Shown piece by piece: positions 37,299 through 47,376 of a DNA stretch of 64,000 nt. A program made the translations under genes and the position numbers. The stretch is from the NCBI GenBank assembly GCA_965208105.1, contig OZ242318.1, positions 3,328,001 to 3,392,000 on the forward strand, given 5' to 3'. The notes below the pieces were generated by a model. The model was not told where the DNA came from. It saw only the letters and a program-made list of their open reading frames with translations, and made no database searches. How positions within the stretch are numbered: position 1 is the stretch's first letter; every line of letters starts with the position of its first letter. The DNA comes from Candidatus Latescibacterota bacterium. GTDB lineage: Bacteria > Latescibacterota > UBA2968 > UBA8231.

Positions 37299-37889
37299 AT
37301 GACTCGTTCCAATTTGCACCATATGGCATGGGTTGCCGCCCTGACCTTCGCTCTTGCCGCCGAGACGGCGTTGGCGGAAACCTACGTGGTCGATGCATCC
37401 CACTCTTCGGTCGATTTCAGCATCCGCCACCTGGTCGGCCGCACGAAGGGCCGTTTCGGTGACTTCAGCGGAACCATCGGCTACGACGCCGCCAAGCCCG
37501 AATCCTCCACCTTCTCCGGCATCATTCAGGTCAAGAGCATCGACACGGGCAACGAACGCCGCGACGGCCACCTGCAAAGCGTCGACTTTTTCGAAGCCGA
37601 AACCTATCCAACCATCACCCTCGAATCTACCGAGGTGACCAGCACGGGCGATAACACCCTCAGCGTGAAGGGCAAGCTGACCATGCACGGCACCACCAGG
37701 GAGGTCACGCTGCTGGTCGAGATCCTCGGCACCGGCACCAACCCGCGCAGCGGCAAGGCGCAGATCGGCCTGGAAACCAACTTCACCCTTCTCTGCTCCG
37801 ACTACGGAGTCAATAGCTGGGCACGCTTCAGCGCGGTTCTCGGGGACGAAGTGAAAATTCAGGTGCTGATCGAGGCCAACGCGGAGTAA
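37299..37889 (+). CDS. yceI: YceI family periplasmic isoprenoid-binding protein
   Basis: Signal peptide, HSSVDF, SIDTGNERRDGHLQSVDFF, GKLTMHG. Confidence 0.92.
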   Translation: MTRSNLHHMAWVAALTFALAAETALAETYVVDASHSSVDFSIRHLVGRTKGRFGDFSGTIGYDAAKPESSTFSGIIQVKSIDTGNERRDGHLQSVDFFEAETYPTITLESTEVTSTGDNTLSVKGKLTMHGTTREVTLLVEILGTGTNPRSGKAQIGLETNFTLLCSDYGVNSWARFSAVLGDEVKIQVLIEANAE

Positions 37890-37994
37890 GCCGCGAGGGG
37901 CGGTCGATGGCTGGATCCATCGACTCGACGCACCGGGCTGCCGCAGTGTTTGCGCTTCTCGGGGGCAATGGAGAATCGTTGCGGGTGTTGGCAG

Positions 37995-38465
37995 CTAATG
38001 CGACCCCAGCACCGCCAGGTCGACCTCCCCCAGCAGGGGTCCAGCCGTTTCCAAAAGCGACCGTCTGGTGTCCTCGATCAGCAGCCTGCCATCCATCACG
38101 GCCAGTCTCGGCGTCTCCCACTCCTGGTCTTCGCCAAGCAGGGATACGTCGAAGACAATGACATATTCAACCGGAAGGTACGCGGCCGTACCAACGGATC
38201 CGAAGTTGTTCAATTTCAGGTAGAATGCACGGAAGGTCACAGGTGTTATGCGCTCATCCTCTATGATGATGTAGTTGTCCTCGTCATAGAGGGATTCGGA
38301 CAAACGCCGCTCGATGATGATCCCCTCCCTGGGCGGTCCCGTTTCCCCTTGAGGCCCTTGTGGTCCCTGGGGTCCCATTTGACCCTCCGGCCCGGCCGGA
38401 CCCTGGCAGGCGCCGAGGTAAAAAGCTGACAGCGCTGAAAGAAGCAGGAGAAGCCATGTGCACAT
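37995..38465 (-). CDS. Lipoprotein with short collagen-like G-X-Y repeat
   Basis: Lipobox LGAC followed by GPAGPEGQMGPQGPQGPQGETGPP; RBS AAGGAG. Confidence 0.8.
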   Translation of the reverse strand: MCTWLLLLLSALSAFYLGACQGPAGPEGQMGPQGPQGPQGETGPPREGIIIERRLSESLYDEDNYIIIEDERITPVTFRAFYLKLNNFGSVGTAAYLPVEYVIVFDVSLLGEDQEWETPRLAVMDGRLLIEDTRRSLLETAGPLLGEVDLAVLGSH

Positions 38466-38614
38466 TGTGCATCTCCTTCAGGTTGAGGTAGGAAGCTGGT
38501 TTTATACTAATCTACGAAAATGAGAAGGTTTGTCAGTCAGGTCATTGGTGCTTCCCTCCTTCAAGAACCCGGATAGCAGAAACGAAGAACCTGACGGATC
38601 CCCGGTGCCAGAAC

Positions 38615-38650
38615 AAAAAATCGGCTGGCCTGATCAACCCAGGCCAGCCG
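38615..38650 (-). terminator. Rho-independent terminator
   Basis: 11-bp stem CGGCTGGCCTG/CAGGCCAGCCG followed by a U6 tract on the minus strand, 30 nt after the 38680 stop. Confidence 0.8.
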
Positions 38651-38679
38651 GTGGTCATTTGCGATCTTCCAGGATCTGA

Positions 38680-39480
38680 TCAGTTGCTGGAGTTGCGCTC
38701 CAGGGTTTCCAGCCAGCGATAGCCGTAGGTGGGAATGTTGGCGGACGAAGGGGAGATGCCATCGGTGAACATGCTGAATCTTTCGACCCGCAGGCGATAG
38801 CTGTAGTCGTGCCAGGGCTGGAAATTCACGATCTCACTGCGGAGCGCCCCGCCGTTGACCACGTTGCAGTACACCGGGTGGCTGTCGTCGCACTTGATCC
38901 TGTGCGGCCCCACGCTTATTTCCTCTTCTCCCACAGCCGCCGCTTCGGTTTTTGAGCTGATTTCATTCAACACGTAGCGGCCGTCGTTGTATCTGTTTGC
39001 ACTGAGGGTATAGTGGTAACCGGCCTCGTAATCGAAGTTGGTGATCATATCATTGTAGGGCGCGCCGTCGATCAATAGGCAGAAATCGTCGACCCGGGCG
39101 CATTTCACCCGCGTCGGTCCCACTGCCAGGGTAACGGGCGTGGATGGAGCGCGGGTCTTTTCCAGTTCTTCCAGCAGGCGATAGGCGTAGCGTCCCGCAT
39201 CCTGGGGCGGTTCCTTTCCATTCCAGGGGTCATATACTCCGATGCGCAGGCGGTAGTTGTAGCCTGCCTCGAATTCAAAGCCCTCGATGCCGTCGTAGAA
39301 AAGTCCGCCGTCGACCATCATGCAGGACTGCAGGCCGACGCCGTAGCATTTGGCCAGAGCCGGACCGACGGTTACTTCCCGAATCTCGATGTACTTTGTC
39401 CATGCCGGTCCCGCCGGGTCTTCGCAGGCGGCGAAGACCAGGAGCAAAGGAACGAATAGAACAGAAAGTTTGGATTGCAT
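38680..39480 (-). CDS. Lipoprotein with three DUF4377-like repeats
   Basis: Lipobox FAAC; three VGP...C...C...I.(G/N)F...(GY/DY) units. Confidence 0.8.
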   Translation of the reverse strand: MQSKLSVLFVPLLLVFAACEDPAGPAWTKYIEIREVTVGPALAKCYGVGLQSCMMVDGGLFYDGIEGFEFEAGYNYRLRIGVYDPWNGKEPPQDAGRYAYRLLEELEKTRAPSTPVTLAVGPTRVKCARVDDFCLLIDGAPYNDMITNFDYEAGYHYTLSANRYNDGRYVLNEISSKTEAAAVGEEEISVGPHRIKCDDSHPVYCNVVNGGALRSEIVNFQPWHDYSYRLRVERFSMFTDGISPSSANIPTYGYRWLETLERNSSN

Positions 39481-39725
39481 TTGCCCACCTCATTTCATGA
39501 TGTGAGATTCGGTGTGGGTTAACCCTCGAACGAAGCAGAATAAAAATACCGGGGAAACTCCGGCCAAAGCGTCACCGGGCCCGGCCTTTCGCATGAATGC
39601 GGTAACGGTATCAGCCATTCATTTATTGACTCGATTGAAGGCGGTTGGGTTCCTTCGCAAGAAACGCGACCATCCGGAAGGAAAGAGCGGGCAGGCACTG
39701 ACTCGCATTCTTTTCCAGGTCCCTA

Positions 39726-40881
39726 GTGCTCTGTTAAGGATTCAGGCTTGTACTTTTTCGTACATGTTGGTATCATGGGGACCTATGTCCATTTTTCTGG
39801 GAGGGTCCTGCCATGTGCCTCCATGCTCGAACACCGGATGCGGCCGAATCGAAAGAACTGGGCCGATGGCTGAAGCGGCCACGCAATGCCGTACAGATGC
39901 GACGAGGGCAATTGATCTCCCTCAGTGCCCAGGGTATGCGGGTCCAGGAGCTGTCGGCGACGCTGCATCTGCACGAGGAATACATCCGCTCCCTGGTCCG
40001 ACGATACAACGAGGAAGGGCTGGCGTCGCTTCGCACGCGAGCCCACCCGGGGCGCACCCCAGCGCTGACGCCCGAAGACGAGTCCGTGGTGGTGGAGATC
40101 GCCAAGATGCCCCCTCGGGCTTTCGGCCAACCCTTCAACCAGTGGTCGCTGCGCAAGCTGACCGACTGTCTGGTCGGGCGCAAGATGATCCCCAAGGTCT
40201 CGCACGTGACCATCGCCAAGGTCTTGGACCGGCATAAGGTCACCTACCAACGTACCCGCACCTGGAAGGAGTCGAAGGATCCGGATTTCTCCTCGAAAAA
40301 AAACGCATCGACCGCCTCTACCGGCGTGCGCCGAAGGACTCGGTCGTAGTCTGCTTCGACGAAATGGGGCCCGTGCAGATCAAGCCCCATGCCGGCTCCT
40401 CCTGGGCGCCGCAGAAGCACCCGGTGCGGCACCGAGCCACCTACACCCGGCACGCCGGGGTCAGCTATTTCTTCGGCGCCTACAACGTCCACGAGGACGT
40501 CCTGTGGATGCATCACAAGCGAAAGAAGCACGCCTCGGAGGTGCTCACTTTCCTCAAGGCCATCCGGCACCGCTACCGCAAGGCCCAACGCATCTACCTC
40601 GTTCTGGACAATTTGTCGACGCACGCGACCCCAAAGATTCGGCAATGGTGTCGGCAGCATCGAGTCTCCCTCGTCTTCACCGCTACCAACGCCTCCTGGA
40701 TGAACCGTCTCGAATGCCATCTGACCGCCGCCCACTACTTCGTCATCAAGAACAGCGACCCAAGGGACCATCGAGACATCGGCCAGCGCATGCAGGAATA
40801 CCTCGTATGGAGAAATCGAAACCAGGACGATGCCAAGCTCGCCAAAATACAAAATTCAATGCCCACTCTTTAACAGCGCAC
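39726..40881 (+). mobile_element. IS630 family insertion sequence (1156 bp)
   Basis: IRs GTGCTCTGTTAA / TTAACAGCGCAC (11/12 match); TA duplication at 39724-25 and 40882-83 in a CTAG context. Confidence 0.92.
39813..40873 (+). CDS. IS630 transposase (two ORFs joined by -1 frameshift at A8, 40296-40303)
   Basis: HTH region WSLRKL; after slip KKRIDRLY...CFDE, VLDN, SWMNRLE DDE triad. Confidence 0.88.
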
Positions 40882-41618
40882 TAGCGGTGGACGTCGGCGG
40901 CATGCAGGGCCCCGACGCCTCTCTCCATGCGCAGCAGGTGCCTCTGACGCTCGTTGAGCAGGGCGAACCACTCCGCCGGAAAACCGTCGTGGGGATCGAC
41001 CTGGAAGCGCATCATGTGCTTGCGGTAGTGCCCGAAGAGGGCGTGGCGGTGCTCATTCGAGCGGTTGGCGCCGCCGCCGTGCCAGCACTGCCCGTTGAAG
41101 ACCAGAACGCTGCCAGCGGGGGCCTGGGCATGGTGGACGTGCCTGACCTCGAATCCCTCGGGAGGCAGGGCAAGGCCGCTCCGGTGCGAACCGGGCACGA
41201 TGCGGGTGCCGCCGTTTGCGGGCGAGAAAGGGTCAAGCATCCACACGGTGTTCATCATCACCGGCGTGGCCATGTTGAGCATGGCCGCGGGAATGTCGCT
41301 GTGCAGCTCCTGGTCGCCGTCGCCCGGTCGCACGATGCGCGCGTTGAGGCTGCCCAGGATGAGGCTGTCCTCCAGGTAGTGCTCCAGCAGGGGGAGGACC
41401 CTGGGATGGTCGAGGCATGGGAAGAAAACCCTGTCCAGGGTCGGCAGGTTGCTGACGTGCCGGGCCGTGCCCCTGTGGGTGTGCTCGGTGCCCACCTCTT
41501 CGGCGCAGCGGATCAAGGCTTCCTTCATGGCCGCCACCTGACCGGGGTCCAGGACCTCCTCGACGATGGTGAAGCCGTAAATGTCTATCTCTGCAAGGGC
41601 TTGTTCATGCGCTGTCAT
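40881..41618 (-). CDS. Phytanoyl-CoA dioxygenase (PhyH) family protein
   Basis: GFTIVEEVL, HSD (HxD), NGGTRIVPGSH, WHGGGAN.S...R. Confidence 0.9.
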   Translation of the reverse strand: MTAHEQALAEIDIYGFTIVEEVLDPGQVAAMKEALIRCAEEVGTEHTHRGTARHVSNLPTLDRVFFPCLDHPRVLPLLEHYLEDSLILGSLNARIVRPGDGDQELHSDIPAAMLNMATPVMMNTVWMLDPFSPANGGTRIVPGSHRSGLALPPEGFEVRHVHHAQAPAGSVLVFNGQCWHGGGANRSNEHRHALFGHYRKHMMRFQVDPHDGFPAEWFALLNERQRHLLRMERGVGALHAADVHR

Positions 41619-41865
41619 GCCGGTCCCTCCGCCGTGTTCCCGAGATCCATCTTTTGCTTCCCGACCTGTGGAAAGGAGAAATATAACCTCGGCTGTTCTG
41701 GCGCAAAAGATGGACGCCCGCGCTGCCGGTGTAGAGGGGACAGGAAGGTCCGAGCAATCTGCAGGCACGAGACGAGTTGCCGCGGATTCGCCAGACAGTA
41801 ATTTTGTTGGCAGTGAGCTTGACCAACATGGCTGCGATTGAACTGTTGCCGAGGAAGGAGCGCGA

Positions 41866-42996
41866 ATGACTCCAGGTCCATCCGCCCCCCCGGGCGACTT
41901 GATTCTGCTGGTGGGAACCCGCAAAGGTTCCTTCATCCTCACCGGCGACGCCGACCGGCGGAAATGGGAGATCGGCCCCCTGCACAACCCGGGAGCCGAG
42001 GTCTTCCACATGTGCTTCGACGGCCGCGACGGGGGCCGCATCCTGGCCGCCGCAAATAGCGAAATCTGGGGCCCCCAGCTGCAGTACAGCGACGACCTGG
42101 GTTCCTCCTGGGTTTCGGCACCCGGGCAACCGAGGTTCTCCAAAGACGGCGGCGCCACCGTAAAACGGCTGTGGCACATCGAACCGGGACCCCCCTCGGA
42201 ACCCGGTGTGCTCTACGCCGGCGTCGATCCGGCGGCCCTCTTCAGGTCGGATGACGGCGGTGCCAACTGGCAGGAGGTCGCCGGCCTGTCAGGCCATCCC
42301 ACGCGGCCGCAGTGGGAGGGCGGCTTCGGCGGGCTCTGCCTGCACAGTATCGTCGTCGATCCCCGCAGCAGCGGGCGGATGTGGGTCGGTATTTCCGCGG
42401 CAGGGGTGTTCGGTACCGACGACGGCGGAGCCACCTGGGAGCCGATGAACCAGGGGGTGAGGGCCGATTTCGCGCCGGAACCCTTCCCGGAGTGGGGCCA
42501 GTGCCCCCACAAGGTCCTATCCTCCAGGTCGCGGCCGGAGCTGCTTTACCAGCAGAACCACTGCGGCGTGTTCCGCAGCGACAGCGGCGGCAGAGCCTGG
42601 AAGGATGTCTCCGAGGGTCTGCCGTCCAGGTTCGGATTCGTCCTGGGGCTGCATCCAAGGGACCCGGACACCATCTACGTGGTGCCGGAGGACGAGGCTG
42701 TGGGGACCGAGGTGGGGGGTTGGCTGCGTTTCGTGACCGGCGCCAGGTTCCGGGTCTATCGCAGCCGCAACGGCGGCGGCGACTGGGAGGCGTTGACCAG
42801 GGGATTGCCCCAGACCAACGCCTACCTGCATCTCCTGCGCGAAGCGCTGGCGACCGATACCCTGGAACCTTGCGGGATCTACGTCGGGACCACCAGCGGC
42901 CAGATTTTTTTCAGCCGCGACGAGGGGGACAGTTGGGAGCTCCTGGTCGAGTACCTGCCGCCGATCAACTCGTTGACCTGCGCCCAGGTGCTTTAA
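41866..42996 (+). CDS. BNR/Asp-box repeat beta-propeller (exo-alpha-sialidase-like)
   Basis: Repeated S.D.G..W boxes; GTRKG, GGLCLHSI, YQQNHCG. Confidence 0.88.
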   Translation: MTPGPSAPPGDLILLVGTRKGSFILTGDADRRKWEIGPLHNPGAEVFHMCFDGRDGGRILAAANSEIWGPQLQYSDDLGSSWVSAPGQPRFSKDGGATVKRLWHIEPGPPSEPGVLYAGVDPAALFRSDDGGANWQEVAGLSGHPTRPQWEGGFGGLCLHSIVVDPRSSGRMWVGISAAGVFGTDDGGATWEPMNQGVRADFAPEPFPEWGQCPHKVLSSRSRPELLYQQNHCGVFRSDSGGRAWKDVSEGLPSRFGFVLGLHPRDPDTIYVVPEDEAVGTEVGGWLRFVTGARFRVYRSRNGGGDWEALTRGLPQTNAYLHLLREALATDTLEPCGIYVGTTSGQIFFSRDEGDSWELLVEYLPPINSLTCAQVL

Positions 42997-43182
42997 GGTT
43001 GGTCCCCATGCCGACCTGCCCCGCCTGCGGGGCTTCCCGGAATGGAGGTTGGCCTTGCGCCGAATTCAGGGTTTTGTGAGAATATACCGCTTTGGTGGTA
43101 CAGCTCCCCGCGAAGTTGGGGGAGGACCGCCGCTGGCAACCGACCATCTACTTCCGTTACACGCCGTATCCCAGGAGCCTCC

Positions 43183-44220
43183 ATGATTGCCTCGCCCACC
43201 GGGGTCCGCCTCGCCATCCGGGCGCTGCCGGTCCTCCTCGCCACCTGCGTCCCGGCAGCAGCCCAGGGATTTCCACCCGCCGCGGTAATCGTCACCGAAG
43301 TCCTGCACCAGCCCGTCGAAGGGGAAATCCGCCTGGTGGGTACGGTGCGTCCCCGGCGCGTCAGCCTGGTGGCCGCCCAAACCGATGGGCTGGTGGTCGA
43401 GCGCCGACGCGAGGACGGCGACTACGTCCGCGCGGGCGACCCGATCTTCCTCCTCGCCAACGACCGCCTCCAGGCCGCCCTGGTAGAGGCCCGCGCCGAC
43501 GTGGAATTGCGCTCCTTCGAGCACCGGCAGAGCGAGGCGCTGTACCGCACCGAGGCCGCTTCCGAGGAGGAGATGCGCGCCGCCGCCTACCAGCTCGCCC
43601 GCGCCCGCGCCAAGCTCCAGGACCTGAGCGACCAGAACGACGACCTGGTCGTCCGCGCCCCCTTTTCCGGCTACCTGACCCGGAGCTTCACCGAGGTGGG
43701 GCAGTGGCTCAACCGCGGCGGCCAGGTGGTGCGGCTCATCAGCACCGACACGGTCCGCGTCTATGCCGACGTGCCCGAACGCCACATCGGCGCCCTGAGG
43801 GTGGGAGACGCTGCGCAGGTCTTCGTCGCCGCTCTCGGCGGCGAGCCCCTTGCCGGCCGCATCGCGGTTCTCCCGCCTGAAGGATATCCTGAATCGCACA
43901 CCTTTCCGGTTGTTGTCGGCGTGGACAATCGCGCCGGCCGTCTCAGAAGCCACATGTCTGCCGAGGTGGGCTTTGCGGCGGTGCGGGCCGATTCCGCCAT
44001 CCTGGTCCACAAGGACGCCCTGGTGAGCAGCCCCATGGGACAGGTGGTCTACCTGGCTGTCGAGGGCAAGGCCGAGATGAGGCCGGTCAGGGTCGGGCAG
44101 GCGCACCAGGGTTACGTCGCCGTGGAGGGGGACCTGCCCGCTGGCGCCCTGGCCATTGTGCGCGGCAACGAAAGACTGCAACCCGGCCAGGACGTGCGCG
44201 TCGTGCGCAAGCAACCCTAG
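43183..44220 (+). CDS. RND efflux periplasmic adaptor (MFP)
   Basis: Lipoyl-like halves (DGDYVRAGD, VRAPFSG), helical hairpin; RBS AGGAG. Confidence 0.9.
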   Translation: MIASPTGVRLAIRALPVLLATCVPAAAQGFPPAAVIVTEVLHQPVEGEIRLVGTVRPRRVSLVAAQTDGLVVERRREDGDYVRAGDPIFLLANDRLQAALVEARADVELRSFEHRQSEALYRTEAASEEEMRAAAYQLARARAKLQDLSDQNDDLVVRAPFSGYLTRSFTEVGQWLNRGGQVVRLISTDTVRVYADVPERHIGALRVGDAAQVFVAALGGEPLAGRIAVLPPEGYPESHTFPVVVGVDNRAGRLRSHMSAEVGFAAVRADSAILVHKDALVSSPMGQVVYLAVEGKAEMRPVRVGQAHQGYVAVEGDLPAGALAIVRGNERLQPGQDVRVVRKQP

Positions 44221-44229
44221 GGAATCGGG

Positions 44230-47200
44230 ATGAAGCTGGTCCATACATCAATCATGCGTCCGGTCAGCGTGGCGGTCGGAGTCCTTCTGGTGGCGTTGTT
44301 CGGCCTCGTCTCGCTCTTCCGCATTCCCATCCAGTTGATTCCCGACGTCGACCGCCCCGTCGTCACCGTGAACACCCTGTGGCCCGGTGCCAGTCCCGAG
44401 GAGGTGGAGCGGGAGATCGTCCAGCGCCAGGAGGAACAGCTCAAGTCGCTGCAGGGGCTGGTTGAGATGACCAGCGAGAGCGCCGACAGCTACGCCACGG
44501 TCAGGCTCGAGTTCGCCGTGGGGGTCGATCCCGACGCCACCCTGCTGAAGGTCTCCAACAAGCTCAACCAGGTCAGCGGCTATCCCGGCGACGCCGAGCA
44601 GCCAACCATCGCCCTGGGCGAGGGGGCCACCTCCGGCGCCATTGCCTGGGTCATGCTCGACCAGAGCCCCGATTTTCCCGGCAGCCTCGACGTGGAGAGC
44701 TTCCGCGATTTTGCCGAGGAAGTGGTGGAGACCGCCCTCGAGCGGGTCCCTGGAGTATCCCAGAGCAACGTCTACGGCGGTTTCGAACGCCAGTTGCAGG
44801 TCATCGTCGATCCCCAGGCCCTGGCCGCCCGCGGGCTCACGGTGGACCAGATGGCAGCGGCCATCCAGCGCGAAAACGCCAACATCAGCGCCGGCGCCTT
44901 CGACGAGGGCAAGCGGCGCTACATCGTCCGCACCGTCGGCCAGTTCCACGTTCCCGGGGATGTAGAGGAGGTGGTCATCCGCGCCGGCGACGGCACCCAG
45001 GTGCGGGTCGGCGACATCGCCAGGGTGCGCCTGGGATACGAGCGCCCCACCGCCATGGTGCGGCAGCAAGGAAGGCCGGTAATCGCGGTCAATGTCCAGC
45101 GCGAGACCGGGGCCAACGTCCTCGAGGTCATGGCCGGTATCCGGCTGGCCATCGCCGAGCTCAACGAGGGTCCTCTCGCCCGCGAAGGGCTGCGCCTGAC
45201 CCAGGTCTACGACGAGACCATGTACATCGAAAGCGCCATCGACCTGGTCCAGAACAATATCGTGGTGGGGGGCCTGCTGGCCATCGCCGTTCTCCTCCTC
45301 TTCCTGCGCTCGGTCAGCAGCGTCGCCATCGTCGCCACCGCCATTCCCATTTCCGTGGTCGGGACCTTCCTCTCCATGTTCCTTCTGGGGCGCAACATCA
45401 ACGTGGTCAGCCTGGCCGGCATGAGCTTCGCCGTGGGCATGGTGGTGGACAACGCCATCGTCGCCCTGGAGAACATCTTCCGCCACCGGCAGATGGGGAA
45501 GTCCCGCTTCGAGGCGGCCTATGACGGCGCCCGCGAGGTCTGGGGGGCCCTCCTGGCTTCGACCCTCACCACGGTCGCGATCTTTCTTCCAATCGTCTTC
45601 GTCCAGGACGAGGCCGGCCAGCTCTTTCGCGACATCGCCATCGCCGTTTCCTGCTCGGTGTCCCTGTCTCTCCTGGTGGCCATCACGGTCATCCCCACCA
45701 TGGCCAACAGGATCATCGGAGGCGGTGGCCGGAGCTCCGGGGGGGCCGGGCTCGACCGCCTGGGGAGCGCGGTGCGGGCCTTTTTCGCCGACAGCGTCTA
45801 CCGCATTTCCAGGAGCACGGTTCTGCGCCTGCTGGTGGTCTTCGGCCTCATCGGCTCTTCACTGCTGGTTGCCTGGCAGCTCGTGCCCGACACCGAGTAC
45901 CTGCCAACCGGCAACCGCAACCTCGTCTTCACTATCCTGCTGCCCCCGCCCGGCTACAACCTCGACGAGCTCATCGACGTGGGCCAGCAGCTCGAAGACG
46001 TCCTGCTCCCCCGCTGGGAGGCCGAGCCCGGCAGCGAGGCGGCCGCGGCCCTCGACGACCTGCTCATAGAAAACCATTTCTTCGTCGCATTCGGACGCCT
46101 GGCCTTCATGGGGTCCCAGGCGAAGGATCCCCAGCGCGCCAAGGAGCTCATTCCCGTCATTCAGGGCCCCATTTTCGGTGTCCCCGGCCTGTTGGGTTTC
46201 GTCACCCAGCGTGGTATTTTCGCCGGGATCGGTGGAGGCCGCACCATAGACGTGGTGATCAGCGGTCCCCGGCTGGAGCGGCTGATCCCCCTTGGAGGGC
46301 AGGTCTTCGGCCAGGTCATGCAGGTTCTGCCCGGGTCCCAGGCGCGGCCCATACCCAGCCTCGACCTGGGCAACCCGGAAGTGCGCGTCGTTCCCGACCG
46401 GGTGCGCGCCGCCCAGGTAGGTCTGTCGGCGCGGCAGATCGGAACGGCGGTCAATACCCTGATGGACGGGGCGCGGATCGACACCTACCAGTACCAGGGG
46501 GAGGAGATCGACCTGGTGCTCAGGGGCAGCGAGGACTGGTTCCGCACCCAGGAAATCGGTCAGTTGCCCCTCTATACTCCCGGCGGCCGCATGGTGCCCC
46601 TGAGCGCGGTGGCCGAGGTGGATCTCACCTCCGGCCCCGAGCAGATCAACCGGGTCGAGCGCAGCCGCGCCGTCACCATCCAGGTCTCTCCGCCCGAGGA
46701 GGTGCCCCTAGAGACGGCCCTGGAGACCATCCGCAGCCAGATCGTTCAGCCCCTGAGGGACCAGGGCCAACTGGTGCCGCCCTACGATATCCGCCTGGCA
46801 GGCACCGCCGACGACCTCGAGCGCACCCGCAGCGCCCTGCAGTGGAATTTCGTCCTCGCCCTGGTCATCACCTACCTGCTGATGGCGGCCCTCTTCGAGA
46901 GTTTCCTCTACCCCTTCGTCGTCATGCTCTCGGTACCCCCGGCAACCGCAGGGGGGATTCTGGGGCTGCGAGCGATCAATATGGCCTTCGGGCTGCAGCC
47001 CCTGGACGTGCTGACCATGCTCGGTTTCGTCATTCTGGTAGGGGTGGTGGTCAACAACGCCATCCTCATCGTCCACCAGACCCTCAACAACCTGCGGGCA
47101 GATGAGGAGGTGGGTTCCAAGGAGGCCATCCGCGACGCGGTCTTCGCCCGCGTGCGGCCCATCTTCATGTCGGTGATCACCTCGGTGTGCGGCATGATGC

Positions 47201-47370
47201 CCCTTGTCCTCTTTCCGGGTCCCGGCTCCGAGCTCTACCGCGGCCTGGGCAGCGTGGTCATCGGCGGACTCCTCGTCTCGACCCTGTTCACCCTGTTGCT
47301 GGTGCCGACCTTTCTGAGCCTGGCCATGGACCTGCGCGGCTGGGTGGGCCGGGCATACTCACGGACCTGA
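44230..47370 (+). CDS. RND efflux permease (AcrB/AcrD/AcrF family)
   Basis: 1046 aa; GASPEEVE, GMVVDNAIV, GVVVNNAIL, RVRPIFMS. Confidence 0.95.
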   Translation: MKLVHTSIMRPVSVAVGVLLVALFGLVSLFRIPIQLIPDVDRPVVTVNTLWPGASPEEVEREIVQRQEEQLKSLQGLVEMTSESADSYATVRLEFAVGVDPDATLLKVSNKLNQVSGYPGDAEQPTIALGEGATSGAIAWVMLDQSPDFPGSLDVESFRDFAEEVVETALERVPGVSQSNVYGGFERQLQVIVDPQALAARGLTVDQMAAAIQRENANISAGAFDEGKRRYIVRTVGQFHVPGDVEEVVIRAGDGTQVRVGDIARVRLGYERPTAMVRQQGRPVIAVNVQRETGANVLEVMAGIRLAIAELNEGPLAREGLRLTQVYDETMYIESAIDLVQNNIVVGGLLAIAVLLLFLRSVSSVAIVATAIPISVVGTFLSMFLLGRNINVVSLAGMSFAVGMVVDNAIVALENIFRHRQMGKSRFEAAYDGAREVWGALLASTLTTVAIFLPIVFVQDEAGQLFRDIAIAVSCSVSLSLLVAITVIPTMANRIIGGGGRSSGGAGLDRLGSAVRAFFADSVYRISRSTVLRLLVVFGLIGSSLLVAWQLVPDTEYLPTGNRNLVFTILLPPPGYNLDELIDVGQQLEDVLLPRWEAEPGSEAAAALDDLLIENHFFVAFGRLAFMGSQAKDPQRAKELIPVIQGPIFGVPGLLGFVTQRGIFAGIGGGRTIDVVISGPRLERLIPLGGQVFGQVMQVLPGSQARPIPSLDLGNPEVRVVPDRVRAAQVGLSARQIGTAVNTLMDGARIDTYQYQGEEIDLVLRGSEDWFRTQEIGQLPLYTPGGRMVPLSAVAEVDLTSGPEQINRVERSRAVTIQVSPPEEVPLETALETIRSQIVQPLRDQGQLVPPYDIRLAGTADDLERTRSALQWNFVLALVITYLLMAALFESFLYPFVVMLSVPPATAGGILGLRAINMAFGLQPLDVLTMLGFVILVGVVVNNAILIVHQTLNNLRADEEVGSKEAIRDAVFARVRPIFMSVITSVCGMMPLVLFPGPGSELYRGLGSVVIGGLLVSTLFTLLLVPTFLSLAMDLRGWVGRAYSRT

Positions 47371-47376
47371 TCGGAC

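Noticed and set aside
38330-38405. 9-bp periodic repeats
   Set aside because: Encode collagen G-X-Y triplets; not a CRISPR array or VNTR
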